Origin: an uncultured Clostridia bacterium
Lineage (GTDB): Bacteria > Bacillota > Clostridia > Christensenellales > UBA1242
Direction: 5' to 3'
DNA length: 64,000 nucleotides
Assembly: GCA_944349895.1 (NCBI GenBank)
Contig: CALVNQ010000002.1
Location: forward strand, 11,710-75,709
The position numbers and the translations under genes are program-made. Below, piece after piece: positions 18,157 to 27,477 of the stretch. Position 1 is the first letter of the stretch. Each line of letters begins with the position of its first letter. A model generated the notes under the pieces. That model made no database searches, was not told where the DNA came from, and saw only the letters and a list, made by a program, of their open reading frames with translations.

Positions 18157-18178
18157 TAACTATATTAATGAGGGAGTT

Positions 18179-19054
18179 ATGAGGAATATTACAGAGCAAG
18201 AAGTTTTAGAGAGAATTAAAAATGACCAAAATTTTTGTTTAAAAAATCTTCCATATCAATGGAGAGATAATAAAAATATTTGCGTTGAGGCATGTAAACA
18301 GAATTATTTGAATTATAATTATATTTCAGACCGTTTAAAAAGGGATAGGGAATTTATTAAGCAACTTATTTTGTTAAATTATAAAGTATTTCAATTGAAT
18401 AAAGACTTCCAAAACGATGAAGAAATTGTAAAATTAGCTCTAGAAAAGAATGGCTATGCTATCAATTTTGTTAATGAAAGTTTATGTCATAAAGAAGAAA
18501 TTATTTTATTAGCAATAAAAACTTATCCTGCGGCTTTTGAATTAGTTAAAAAAGAAGCTATTAAAAATAGGGATTTTCTATTAAAAGCTGTTAGAGTTAA
18601 TGGAAAAATTATTCAATATGTTCCGGAATTAATTGATAAAGAAATCGCATTAACGGCTGTTCAACAAAATGTTGCATCTTTTACATATTTGCCTGATGAT
18701 TTTAGAAAAGACAAAGATGTTATTTTAATGGGTGTTGAAAGCAATAAAAAATTTTATTATTATATCAATATTACAGAGGAAATTTGGGGGAGTGAAAAGT
18801 TAGCTCTCCGAATTATAGAACAAGCACCCGAAGTATATTTTATTGCACCTGATTATGCGCAAAATAATCCAGTTGTACAAGCATTGTTTACAAAATTATA
18901 CAAAAAGGGGAGTGCTTTTAATCCTTCCGAGAGCCAGGAAGAGAGTTCAGAAATTAATCAGAATGACAATAGTGTGTTTTTTGTTGATAAGGATAACAAC
19001 GGGGAAAGCACGGTTAAAAATAGAGCAGAAATGACATTAGTAAGTTCTAAATAG
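18179..19054 (+). CDS. DUF4116 repeat protein
   Basis: Repeated ~30-aa units with the pattern D.E..L.A...NG.A..Y/F....L..D.E (for example DEEIVKLALEKNGYAINFV, NRDFLLKAVRVNGKIIQYV, DKEIALTAVQQNVASFTYL). GAGGGAG SD. Confidence 0.6.
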   Translation: MRNITEQEVLERIKNDQNFCLKNLPYQWRDNKNICVEACKQNYLNYNYISDRLKRDREFIKQLILLNYKVFQLNKDFQNDEEIVKLALEKNGYAINFVNESLCHKEEIILLAIKTYPAAFELVKKEAIKNRDFLLKAVRVNGKIIQYVPELIDKEIALTAVQQNVASFTYLPDDFRKDKDVILMGVESNKKFYYYINITEEIWGSEKLALRIIEQAPEVYFIAPDYAQNNPVVQALFTKLYKKGSAFNPSESQEESSEINQNDNSVFFVDKDNNGESTVKNRAEMTLVSSK

Positions 19055-19060
19055 GTTGTA

Positions 19061-19090
19061 AAAAATTGAGATTGTTCTCAATTTTTTTTT
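19061..19090 (+). terminator. intrinsic terminator after DUF4116 gene
   Basis: AAAAATTGAGA-ttgt-TCTCAATTTTT plus a T-run. Confidence 0.8.
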
Positions 19091-19183
19091 GCATTTTTCA
19101 TATTTTTTTATGTTTGCAAATATATTAATTTCACATCAAGGTTTTGATATTCATAAAATATATTATATTTCGAGGGTGTTGTT

Positions 19184-20434
19184 ATGAATAAAATGTTAAT
19201 CCAAGGTGGGAATAAGCTCTTTGGAGAGCTAAACATTTCTGCTTCTAAAAATGCCTATTTACCCATTTTAGCTGCAACGGTTTTGTGTGAGGATAAACTT
19301 GTTTTACATAATTATCCTTTCTTTACCGATGCAGATAATATGTGCAAAATTTTAACTTCTTTAGGCGCAAATATCGAAAATAGAGACAGCGATTTGATTG
19401 TGGACTCATCTTCTTTATTTTCATGGGGAATTGAAAGTGAACTCGCTAGTCAAGTGAGATCCTCTATATTTATGTTAGGAGCTCTTTTAGGGAGATTTAA
19501 AAAAGCTAGAGTGGCTTATCCTGGTGGCTGTGAAATTGGAGCAAGACCGATTGATATACATCTTGCTGGCTTTCGCAAATTAGGAGTTAAAGTTGAAGAA
19601 AAACATGGATATATTTACTGTGATGCAGGGAATATGCATTCTGCTGTGATTTTACTTGACTTCCCAAGTGTTGGCGCTACAGAAAGTCTCATGATGGCTA
19701 GTGTTTTAACTCCAGGAGAAACTAAAATTTTGAATCCCGCGAAAGAACCCGAAGTTGTTGATTTGCAAAATTTTCTTAATAAAATGGGGGCTAAGGTTAG
19801 AGGAGCAGGCACAAATGAAATAACCATTACAGGAGTTAAAAAGCTCCATGGTTGCGAGTTTGCCCCTATTAAAGATAGAATTATTGCTGGCACTTATATG
19901 ATAGCAACTGCTATGTGCGGAGGAGATGTCTTGCTTAAAGGTGTCAAACCTGATCATTTAAGAGCGATTATAGATAAATTAGATCAAACTGCTTGCAAAA
20001 TTAGCATCGAAAGTGATAATATTAGAGTGACAAGTGATGGAAAACCAAATGCTCTTGGGAAAATTGAAACATCGGTTTATCCTGGATTACCAACAGATCT
20101 GCAAGCTCAAATTATGGCCTTATGTTGTGTTAGTAATGGGAGTACAATGATCGTTGAAAATGTTTTTGAATCAAGATTTAAACATGTCCCGGAACTTGTG
20201 AAGATGGGCGCAGATGTTCATGTAAAAGATAGAGTAGCTTTTGTTAGAGGGGTTAAAAAACTTTATGGTGCTTCTGTGTCGGGTATGGAGTTAAGGGGTA
20301 CGGCCTCATTAATTTTGGCGGGACTCGTGGCAGAGGGGACCACAATAGTCAACAATATTAAACACGTCGATCGAGGTTATTATCATATTGAAGATGATCT
20401 TGCCACTTTAGGGGCGAATATAAAAAGGATTTAA
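19184..20434 (+). CDS. murA: UDP-N-acetylglucosamine 1-carboxyvinyltransferase MurA
   Basis: KNAYLPILAA motif, catalytic-Cys loop YPGGCEIGARPID, and C-terminal HVDRGY. Confidence 0.9.
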   Translation: MNKMLIQGGNKLFGELNISASKNAYLPILAATVLCEDKLVLHNYPFFTDADNMCKILTSLGANIENRDSDLIVDSSSLFSWGIESELASQVRSSIFMLGALLGRFKKARVAYPGGCEIGARPIDIHLAGFRKLGVKVEEKHGYIYCDAGNMHSAVILLDFPSVGATESLMMASVLTPGETKILNPAKEPEVVDLQNFLNKMGAKVRGAGTNEITITGVKKLHGCEFAPIKDRIIAGTYMIATAMCGGDVLLKGVKPDHLRAIIDKLDQTACKISIESDNIRVTSDGKPNALGKIETSVYPGLPTDLQAQIMALCCVSNGSTMIVENVFESRFKHVPELVKMGADVHVKDRVAFVRGVKKLYGASVSGMELRGTASLILAGLVAEGTTIVNNIKHVDRGYYHIEDDLATLGANIKRI

Positions 20435-20436
20435 AA

Positions 20437-21261
20437 GTGAAAAAAGGTTGGATTATTGCTCTAAGTGTTTTATTAATTGTCGCAATTACAATTGTGACCT
20501 TGTCTTTTACCTTGTTCACTGTTCAAGAAGTTTCTATAAATTATAGGACAAGCACTGATTATAGTTATGATGATAAAAAAATTATAGAAAGTTCCCAAAT
20601 TCCTTATGGTAACAACATCTTTTTTTTAAATAAAAGTCAATTAACATCCAATATCGAACAAGCTTATCCTTATTTAGAAGTTATTAATATTGAAACTAAA
20701 TTTCCTTCTTCTTTAATAATCCATGTTAAAGAAAGACAAAGTGTTTATGCAGTAAAAAATGGAGAAAACTTTTTATTGTTAGATTCGCAATTGAAAGTTT
20801 TGGATAAATTAGACACTTTTGAGTCTGATAGGACGAATGCTATTTATTTGCCTATAGAAGTTCAAGCAGATGTCGGAGATTTCATAAACTTGAATTTACT
20901 TTCAAATTTTTATGATGCTTTTCTGCTCAACAATAAATCGAGAGAAGATGCCTTATCTTTATTTAAACAAATAGAAATTTTTGATGAAAAAAATCAAATA
21001 TTTAATACTGTCGAAGATGGCTTAAAATTAACACTATTTTCAGGTCGAGAAGTATTTATACATAATGCTAATTATGGTTTAGCATATAAAATAGCTAAAT
21101 TTTTTGCAGTCGAAAAAGCTTTGCCTGAGTTGTCTGATCAATTATCTGACGAAGTAATACAAAACAGTGAAATACACATAAATAATTTTTTGGGACCCAA
21201 CTATACTGATAAGGACAGTTATTTTTATTTAATATACAATGGTGAAAAAGTGAGCATATGA
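20437..21261 (+). CDS. ftsQ: cell division protein FtsQ/DivIB
   Basis: GTG start. One N-terminal TM helix followed by a POTRA-like region. Positioned between a mur gene and ftsA. Confidence 0.7.
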   Translation: MKKGWIIALSVLLIVAITIVTLSFTLFTVQEVSINYRTSTDYSYDDKKIIESSQIPYGNNIFFLNKSQLTSNIEQAYPYLEVINIETKFPSSLIIHVKERQSVYAVKNGENFLLLDSQLKVLDKLDTFESDRTNAIYLPIEVQADVGDFINLNLLSNFYDAFLLNNKSREDALSLFKQIEIFDEKNQIFNTVEDGLKLTLFSGREVFIHNANYGLAYKIAKFFAVEKALPELSDQLSDEVIQNSEIHINNFLGPNYTDKDSYFYLIYNGEKVSI

Positions 21262-21299
21262 ATATGTATACATTTTTTTAAATATTTATAAAAAAATTA

Positions 21300-21328
21300 T
21301 TGACAAATTTTGTTGAAAAAGGTAAAAT
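21300..21328 (+). promoter_or_regulatory. sigma-A promoter upstream of ftsA
   Basis: TTGACA-17 nt-TAAAAT. Confidence 0.55.
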
Positions 21329-21338
21329 ATAACAAAGG

Positions 21339-22466
21339 ATGGATAATTTAGTGAAAGAAAAAGTCTGTTTGGAAATAGGTTCATCAAAACTCAGAGCAAT
21401 TGTAGCTAAAGAAGGAGTTAACAACACTTTGTTTGTTAAAGAGCTCGCTTGTCGTGACTATGATGGATATTTTCAAGGAGAGTTTATAGATTTTTCACAT
21501 TTAGGCCCAAATTTATATGATTTGTTTAATTCAATAGATTTTAAAAAGAAAAAATACAACAAAAAGTTGTTTATTGCCTTACCTGCTGAAATGACAAAAG
21601 TTATCAATGTGGTTGTTGGAATCGACGTTGAGGGTATTAAAAAAATAACAAAAAATGATCTTGAAGGACTTAAACTGCAAGCTATTCAAAAAATTAAAAA
21701 TGACGAAAATGAAATTATCAGTGTTTCTGCTTTAAGTTATAAGGTTGATGAAGTGCAAGTAGAGAATCCTATTGGTCAAAAAGGTAGAAATCTTAGTGGA
21801 GAATTTTCTATTATTCTTTGTGATAAAAATTTAATTGAAAAATTTAATACTATTTTTTCTGATATTGGTTTTTCAAATGTTGAGTATGTTAGTGAGGCTT
21901 TATGCCAAGCATTATTTATTGTACCCGTTGAAGAAAGAAAAGAAGGTGCAATTTTAATTGATGTTGGGCATCTTTCAACAAGCATATCCTACATTAAAAA
22001 TCAGGGGCTTTTGTCTTTAACTTCATTTTCAATTGGTGGAGGACATGTTACAAGCGACTTAAGTGAGGCATTTGAACTTGCTTATGAAGATGCAGACAGG
22101 TTGAAGAAAATGGTGGTTCTTTCGGTCGAGCCTGATGCTTTAGATTATTATGACCTCCCGTCAATTCAAGGGAAAATCGAGAGGATCCCACAAGGATATG
22201 CTAATGAAGTTGTATCTTATAGATTAGAAACAATAGCTTCTGCTATTAATCAGTGTTTATTAATGCAAAACATAAGTTTAATTAATTATTTGCCTGTGTA
22301 TTTGTGTGGAGCTGGAGCATCAAAAATAAAAGGTGGAAAAGATTTTATTGCAAAATGTTTGGGTAGAAATATCATTTTAGGTATAACACCTTTACCAGGT
22401 AAGGATAAACCAGAAGATTCTGTTATATATTCAATTGCAAATTATGCTATCAAAAATTGCGAATAA
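21339..22466 (+). CDS. ftsA: FtsA-like actin-fold cell division protein (short form)
   Basis: Actin-fold phosphate motifs LEIGSSKLRA, IDVGHLSTSI and GGGHVTSDL. Directly upstream of ftsZ. An alternative GTG start at 21351 is possible. Confidence 0.7.
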   Translation: MDNLVKEKVCLEIGSSKLRAIVAKEGVNNTLFVKELACRDYDGYFQGEFIDFSHLGPNLYDLFNSIDFKKKKYNKKLFIALPAEMTKVINVVVGIDVEGIKKITKNDLEGLKLQAIQKIKNDENEIISVSALSYKVDEVQVENPIGQKGRNLSGEFSIILCDKNLIEKFNTIFSDIGFSNVEYVSEALCQALFIVPVEERKEGAILIDVGHLSTSISYIKNQGLLSLTSFSIGGGHVTSDLSEAFELAYEDADRLKKMVVLSVEPDALDYYDLPSIQGKIERIPQGYANEVVSYRLETIASAINQCLLMQNISLINYLPVYLCGAGASKIKGGKDFIAKCLGRNIILGITPLPGKDKPEDSVIYSIANYAIKNCE

Positions 22467-22479
22467 TAATACAATTTGC

Positions 22480-22508
22480 TTGCAAATTTAAATAGATTTG
22501 ATTATAAT
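22480..22508 (+). promoter_or_regulatory. sigma-A promoter upstream of ftsZ
   Basis: TTGCAA-17 nt-TATAAT. Confidence 0.55.
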
Positions 22509-22531
22509 TTGTATAAATTAAGGAGACAAAA

Positions 22532-23698
22532 ATGGAAAACAATACTTCTTTTGCTAAAATTAAAGTCGTTGGTGTCGGTGGTGGTGGCAATAATGCCGTC
22601 AACAGAATGATCGAAGCTGGAGTTGACTCAGCAGAATTTGTTGCAGTTAACACCGATAAACAAGCTTTGGTTGTTAGTAAAGCCCCAGTTAGACTTCAAA
22701 TCGGAGAAAGATTGACAGGTGGGCTCGGTGCAGGTGGTATACCTGAAATTGGACAAAAATCAGCAGAAGAATCAAAAGCTTCTATTACAGAAATGTTAGA
22801 AGGAGCACATCTAGTTTTCATAACTGCGGGCATGGGAGGTGGAACAGGTACTGGAGCAGCACCTATTGTTGCGCAAATTGCCAAGGAAATGGGTATATTG
22901 ACTATTGCAGTTGTCACAAAACCTTTCGCTTTTGAAAGTAGAATTAGAGCAGAGAATGCCGAAAAAGGTATTAATGAATTAAAAAAATACGTTGATACAA
23001 TGGTTATAATTCCTAATGAAAGACTTTTCCAAATTGTTCCTAAAAAGACACCTATTTTAGAGGCATTTAGATATGCAGATGATGTTCTTCGTCAAGGCAT
23101 ACAAGGAATTTCAGATTTGATTGTTAAACCAGGGCTTATTAATTTGGATTTTGCTGATGTTAAAACTATCATGCAAAATAAAGGGTTAGCTCATATGGGT
23201 ATCGGGCATGGTAAAGGAGAGAATAAAGCTTTAGAAGCTGTTAAACAGGCTGTCGCAAGTCCTCTTATCGAAACCACCATCGAAGGAGCAAAAGGATTGC
23301 TTCTTAATGTTAAAGGTGGAGTTGATCTTACTCAGGAAGATGTTAGTGAGGTTGCAACGCTTGTTCAAGAAGTTATTGATCCTAGTTGTACTGTTATATT
23401 TGGTAATAGTATTGATGAAAACATGCATGATGAGCTTGAAGTTACTATAATTGCCACTGGTTTCCCTACTGCTGAAGAAAAAGAAAAATCAATTGAAGCT
23501 GAAGAAGCTAGAGAATTTAATCCTGACTTTGCAGGTAAGGAAGAACTGAAAGGTTTATCCTCATTAAAGAATCCTCCTAAAGAAGATGAAAGACCAGAAG
23601 TTTCTGTTAAAAAGGACGAGAGCTCAAGTTCTTCAAGGGTTGATGTTGATGCTTCGATACCTGCTTGGTTAAAACAACTTAGAAGTAAAAAGAAATAA
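22532..23698 (+). CDS. ftsZ: cell division GTPase FtsZ
   Basis: [13 protein letters not shown] and the tubulin signature [13 protein letters not shown]-terminal peptide [11 protein letters not shown]. Confidence 0.97.
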   Translation: MENNTSFAKIKVVGVGGGGNNAVNRMIEAGVDSAEFVAVNTDKQALVVSKAPVRLQIGERLTGGLGAGGIPEIGQKSAEESKASITEMLEGAHLVFITAGMGGGTGTGAAPIVAQIAKEMGILTIAVVTKPFAFESRIRAENAEKGINELKKYVDTMVIIPNERLFQIVPKKTPILEAFRYADDVLRQGIQGISDLIVKPGLINLDFADVKTIMQNKGLAHMGIGHGKGENKALEAVKQAVASPLIETTIEGAKGLLLNVKGGVDLTQEDVSEVATLVQEVIDPSCTVIFGNSIDENMHDELEVTIIATGFPTAEEKEKSIEAEEAREFNPDFAGKEELKGLSSLKNPPKEDERPEVSVKKDESSSSSRVDVDASIPAWLKQLRSKKK

Positions 23699-23710
23699 TA
23701 TTTGATTTCT

Positions 23711-23735
23711 CCTCAGTTTTACTGAGGTTTTTTTA
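23711..23735 (+). terminator. intrinsic terminator after ftsZ
   Basis: CCTCAGT-ttta-ACTGAGG followed by T7. Confidence 0.8.
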
Positions 23736-23765
23736 TGCTTCAAAATTGTTTAAATTTTTATGTAT

Positions 23766-23799
23766 TTCGATAAAATTTTATTCTTTGTTTTTCTATACA
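23766..23799 (+). promoter_or_regulatory. spoIIGA promoter candidate with 0A-box-like element and 22-bp spacer
   Basis: TTCGATA (6/7 to the Spo0A box TTCGACA), 22 nt measured from the TTCGAT hexamer, then TATACA. This recalls the 22-bp-spaced Spo0A-dependent spoIIG promoter of B. subtilis. Confidence 0.25.
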
Positions 23800-23830
23800 C
23801 AGTTATAAAATTTGTATTAGAGGAAAAAAG

Positions 23831-24643
23831 ATGCAAATCATTATCGAATATGTTTTAATTGAAAATTTAATAATTAATTATTTTATTTTGACTTTGTCAG
23901 CACAACTTTTTAAAATTAAAGCAAAGTTTTGGTTTGTTAGTGCTTTATTTGGTAGTATTATGGCTTTATTTTATCCTTTATTCTCTTTTTCATTGCTTAT
24001 CAGAATTTTCTCAACCATTTTAGTTTCAATTGTCATGGTTTGTATTAGTTTTCCAATCAAAAGCTTTAAAGATTTTTTATTTTATGGTTTCGGTTTTGTT
24101 TTTTTGACTTTTGTATTTGGCGGGGCTTGTTTTATGTTTGTTTCTTGGTTCGGAGATCTAAGCACTTTTATCATAACTCTAATTGTTTTTGTTCTATTCC
24201 TTTGTACTAAATTATTCTTACGTAGACTTTCAAAAAAAAGAGCTTTACAATCCTTTACTTGTTCTGTTCAAATTCAATCTGGGGGAAGGGTGGTAGAGGA
24301 AATTGGATATTTAGATAGTGCTAATGTTTTATATGACCCTGTTACTTCTGCTCCCATAGTTTTAATATCAAAAAAGACTTTTTCTAAGCTTGTTGGGGAA
24401 GATTATATTTATTATCTATTAAAAAAAGATAAAATTAAAAAATTACCATATGGACATTTTGTTAATGTGGGTTCTGCTGTTTCTAAAGGAGAAATGCTAG
24501 TTTTCATGGCTGATAAATTAATTATTTCTGAAAAAGGTAAAGCTAAAAGTTTTGACCATACTTTGCTTGGGCTTTGTCTTTCAGATTTTTCTAAGACACT
24601 TAATAATTCGGGTGTTTTATTGCATAGCGAACTAGCTTTATAA
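23831..24643 (+). CDS. spoIIGA: sigma-E processing aspartic peptidase SpoIIGA
   Basis: Five N-terminal TM helices, then GYLDSANVLYDPVTSAPIVLI (the family D-[ST]-[GA]-N active-site block). Immediately upstream of sigE. Confidence 0.8.
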   Translation: MQIIIEYVLIENLIINYFILTLSAQLFKIKAKFWFVSALFGSIMALFYPLFSFSLLIRIFSTILVSIVMVCISFPIKSFKDFLFYGFGFVFLTFVFGGACFMFVSWFGDLSTFIITLIVFVLFLCTKLFLRRLSKKRALQSFTCSVQIQSGGRVVEEIGYLDSANVLYDPVTSAPIVLISKKTFSKLVGEDYIYYLLKKDKIKKLPYGHFVNVGSAVSKGEMLVFMADKLIISEKGKAKSFDHTLLGLCLSDFSKTLNNSGVLLHSELAL

Positions 24644-24654
24644 GGAGGGAATTA

Positions 24655-25380
24655 TTGAAAAAAATTATTTTTTATTTTAAACTATTTTTTTGGAAGTTTT
24701 TTTCTAAAAAAAATCTACTGAATGCAAACGGTATTGTTTGTTATATTTGTGGTAATGAAGCATTACCATTGCCATTGGATCCTGAAGAAGAAAAAATGCT
24801 CGTTGAACAAGCCGAAAAGGGAAGTGATTTTGCAAAAGAAAAATTGATAGAACATAATTTAAGACTAGTTGTTTATATTGCAAAAAAATTTGAAAATACC
24901 GGGATCGATTTTGAAGATCTTATTTCTATAGGGTCTGTCGGGCTTATTAAAGCAGTTAAGACTTTCAGGGGAGATAAAAATATTAAACTCGCTACTTATG
25001 CCTCTCGTTGTATTGAAAATGAGTTATTGATGCAATTAAGAAAGCTTTCCAGAATAAAAGGCGAGGTCAGTTTAGATAAACCTTTATGTGAAGATGGCGA
25101 TGGTAATGAACTTGTTCTGGCTGATATTATGGCCAGCGAAAGCGATATCGTTACTGCAAACCTTGATCATTCTGCTGAAAAAGATGCGATTTGGCAAATT
25201 ATTAACAGACTTGAAAAGCGAGAACAAGAAATTATGATTTTAAGATTTGGACTCGAAGGCCAAGATGAGCTTACTCAAAAAGAAGTGGCTGACAAACTTG
25301 GTATTAGCCAAAGTTATATTTCTCGAATTGAAAAAAAAATCTTAGTTAAGATGAAAAAAGATCTTTCAAAAATTTTATAA
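24655..25380 (+). CDS. sigE: sporulation sigma factor SigE (pro-sigma-E)
   Basis: Hydrophobic pro-sequence, then EHNLRLVVYIAKKF (region 2) and an HTH LTQKEVADKLGISQSYISRIEKK. TTG start behind an AGGAGGG SD. Confidence 0.9.
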   Translation: MKKIIFYFKLFFWKFFSKKNLLNANGIVCYICGNEALPLPLDPEEEKMLVEQAEKGSDFAKEKLIEHNLRLVVYIAKKFENTGIDFEDLISIGSVGLIKAVKTFRGDKNIKLATYASRCIENELLMQLRKLSRIKGEVSLDKPLCEDGDGNELVLADIMASESDIVTANLDHSAEKDAIWQIINRLEKREQEIMILRFGLEGQDELTQKEVADKLGISQSYISRIEKKILVKMKKDLSKIL

Positions 25381-25482
25381 AAAACACTTCTTTTGTAGTT
25401 TTAACAGTTTTTTTGTCGCATTTTTCTCATATTGAATAATTTCCTCTATTTTCGGGGAAATTATTAGTCTATGGAGGCGACT

Positions 25483-26256
25483 ATGTCTAACAAAGTTGTT
25501 ATCGCAGGGGTTAATACTTCTAAATTACCTAAACTTTCCAATGATGATATTATGGCATTAATGAAAAAGGTTAAATCGGGGGATGAACTTTCAAGAGAGG
25601 CTTTTGTTGTGGCCAATTTAAGATTGGTTTTAAGTGTTGTTCAAAGATTTATTGGAAAATCTGATAAGGCTGATGACATGTTTCAGGTGGGTTGTGTCGG
25701 ATTGATGAAAGCAATTGATAATTTTGATGAAAGTTTAAATGTAAGATTTTCAACTTATGCCGTACCTATGATTATTGGTGAAATTAGACGTTTTTTAAGA
25801 GATAATAATTCAGTTAGAGTTTCTAGATCATTAAGAGATATTGCTTATAAATCTTTACAAGCGAAAGAAGAACTTTCTAAAAATTCTTTTAATGAGCCTA
25901 CTATTGATGAAATTTCAAAGTATTTAAATATACCAGCGAAAACAATAACGTTTGCTTTAGATGCAATTAGTGACACCGTTTCTTTGTCAGATCCTATTTA
26001 TTCTGATGGAAGTGATACTATTGAATTGCAGGATCAAATATCAGATTTAAAAGATAGTGATGATAGCCTTTATGAAAAAATTGCAATAAAAGATGCTATT
26101 AAAAAACTTTCTCCGAGAGAAAGAGAAATTTTGCTTTTGCGCTACTATGTGGGGAAAACTCAGATGGAAGTCAGTCAGGAAGTTGGGATAAGTCAAGCTC
26201 AAGTTTCTCGTTTAGAAAAAAATGCATTAAAATCTATAAAAGAAAAAATCGAATAA
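25483..26256 (+). CDS. sigG: sporulation sigma factor SigG
   Basis: NKVVIAGVNTSKLPKLSNDD...ANLRLVLSVVQRF is the SigG-type N-terminus. HTH MEVSQEVGISQAQVSRLEK. I prefer the ATG at 25483, 7 nt after a GGAGG, over 25471. Confidence 0.9.
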   Translation: MSNKVVIAGVNTSKLPKLSNDDIMALMKKVKSGDELSREAFVVANLRLVLSVVQRFIGKSDKADDMFQVGCVGLMKAIDNFDESLNVRFSTYAVPMIIGEIRRFLRDNNSVRVSRSLRDIAYKSLQAKEELSKNSFNEPTIDEISKYLNIPAKTITFALDAISDTVSLSDPIYSDGSDTIELQDQISDLKDSDDSLYEKIAIKDAIKKLSPREREILLLRYYVGKTQMEVSQEVGISQAQVSRLEKNALKSIKEKIE

Positions 26257-26304
26257 TTTCCTTTTTTGTCATTTAAATTACTTTTGCTTCATATATCTAC
26301 ATCA

Positions 26305-26586
26305 ATGGAAAGTTCATTTTTAGAATTAAGGTGTAAAGAAGTTGTTAACGTGATTGATGGCAGAAGACTTGGACATATTATCGATGTGGTGTTCAATTTA
26401 TCTTCAGCATGTGTTAGTGGCATTGTTGTGCCTGGTGAAAAGTCGTTCTGGAATGTTTTTAAAAGTGGAGCAGAGTTTTTTATTCCTTTTAATCAAATCG
26501 TAAAAATAGGAGAAGACACAATTCTAGTGCAAATATTTGGTGGCCAGCCTAATCAGAATCCTTATATTTTAGGGGATAAGAAATAA
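26305..26586 (+). CDS. YlmC/YmxH-family PRC-barrel sporulation protein
   Basis: FLELRCKEVVNVIDGRRLGHIIDVVF matches the family N-terminus (L.ELR.KEVIN..DG.RLG). The start was chosen by homology. There is no clear SD. Confidence 0.6.
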   Translation: MESSFLELRCKEVVNVIDGRRLGHIIDVVFNLSSACVSGIVVPGEKSFWNVFKSGAEFFIPFNQIVKIGEDTILVQIFGGQPNQNPYILGDKK

Positions 26587-26633
26587 GACAATTTAATAAA
26601 TTGAATTTTGGCTTAATAAATTTTAGTTTTATC

Positions 26634-26671
26634 AAAAAAAGAACTCTATAAAAATGTAGAGTTCCTTTTTT
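26634..26671. terminator. bidirectional terminator between ylmC-like gene and nrdR
   Basis: A7, GAACTCTA-taaaaatg-TAGAGTTC, then CTTTTTT. The flanking genes are convergent. Confidence 0.8.
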
Positions 26672-26703
26672 GTTAATTTCTAAGTAGTTGTCTTTTATTA
26701 TAA

Positions 26704-27147
26704 TTATAATTCTTGCAACAACTTTTTAAAGCTTTCTATATCTTTAAATTGTTTATATACCGATGCAAAACGAACGTAGGCAACCTCATCGATATTTTTT
26801 AGCTCTTCCATTACCATTTCTCCTATTTTTGAAGAAGCTACTTCTTGTGAAAAATTATTTTGTAAATTTTTCTCTATATTAGAGGCCACCTCTTCTATTT
26901 GATTTATTGTTACAGGACGCTTTTCACAAGCTTTTATCATGCCGTTTTTTATTTTGTTTATATCAAAAGCTTGTCTGCTTCCGTCATTTTTTACAACTAA
27001 AATTGGTGTCATTTCTATTGTTTCATATGTTGTGAATCTTTTGCCACAACCCAAACATTCTCTTCTTCTTCTTATTGAATTGGTTTCGTCAGTGCTTCTT
27101 GAATCTAAAACCTTGCTTTCTTCACAACCACAATACATACATTTCAT
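26704..27147 (-). CDS. nrdR: transcriptional repressor NrdR
   Basis: Zn-ribbon MKCMYCG...[12 protein letters not shown] followed by an ATP-cone. Confidence 0.92.
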   Translation of the reverse strand: MKCMYCGCEESKVLDSRSTDETNSIRRRRECLGCGKRFTTYETIEMTPILVVKNDGSRQAFDINKIKNGMIKACEKRPVTINQIEEVASNIEKNLQNNFSQEVASSKIGEMVMEELKNIDEVAYVRFASVYKQFKDIESFKKLLQEL

Positions 27148-27249
27148 TTTGTATCACCTCAAGTTTATTCTACCATATATTGATTCAAAAACCAAACAAA
27201 TTTTCTGTTTTTAAGTGTTAAATTCTAAAGACTTTTAATAAAATAAATT

Positions 27250-27477
27250 ATGTTTTCCTTATCATCTGCGAAAAAAAATAAAAGTTATTGTATTGTCGGT
27301 TATGATAAAAATTTATCAATTAAAATTTTAAGAAGACTTTGTGATTTAGGTTTAACGATTGGACAAACGGTTATCGTCACAAATTATTCTTTATTAAAAA
27401 AAGCCATGTTGATTGAAATAAGAGGCTATTTGCTTTCTTTGAAAATAGATATTGCTAAAAGGATCATTGTAAAATGA
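27250..27477 (+). CDS. feoA: ferrous iron transport protein FeoA
   Basis: 75-aa SH3-like protein (LCDLGLTIGQTVIV). Overlaps the feoB start. Confidence 0.7.
   Translation: MFSLSSAKKNKSYCIVGYDKNLSIKILRRLCDLGLTIGQTVIVTNYSLLKKAMLIEIRGYLLSLKIDIAKRIIVK

Noticed and set aside
25381-25482. A forespore (sigma-F/sigma-G) promoter upstream of sigG, at GCATT...GAATAAT.
   Set aside because: I could not fit either consensus (GCATR-15-GGnnAnAnT or GHATR-17/18-CATnHTA) with correct spacing, so no promoter is reported.
27170-27185. A NrdR-box-like palindrome CTACCATATATTGATT in the nrdR/feoA divergent region.
   Set aside because: It matches the core CwAtATaTwG at 9/10 positions, but the flanks are poor. 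There is no second box at the usual ~31-bp phasing, and it is not upstream of an nrd operon. A/T palindromes of this type arise by chance in such DNA.
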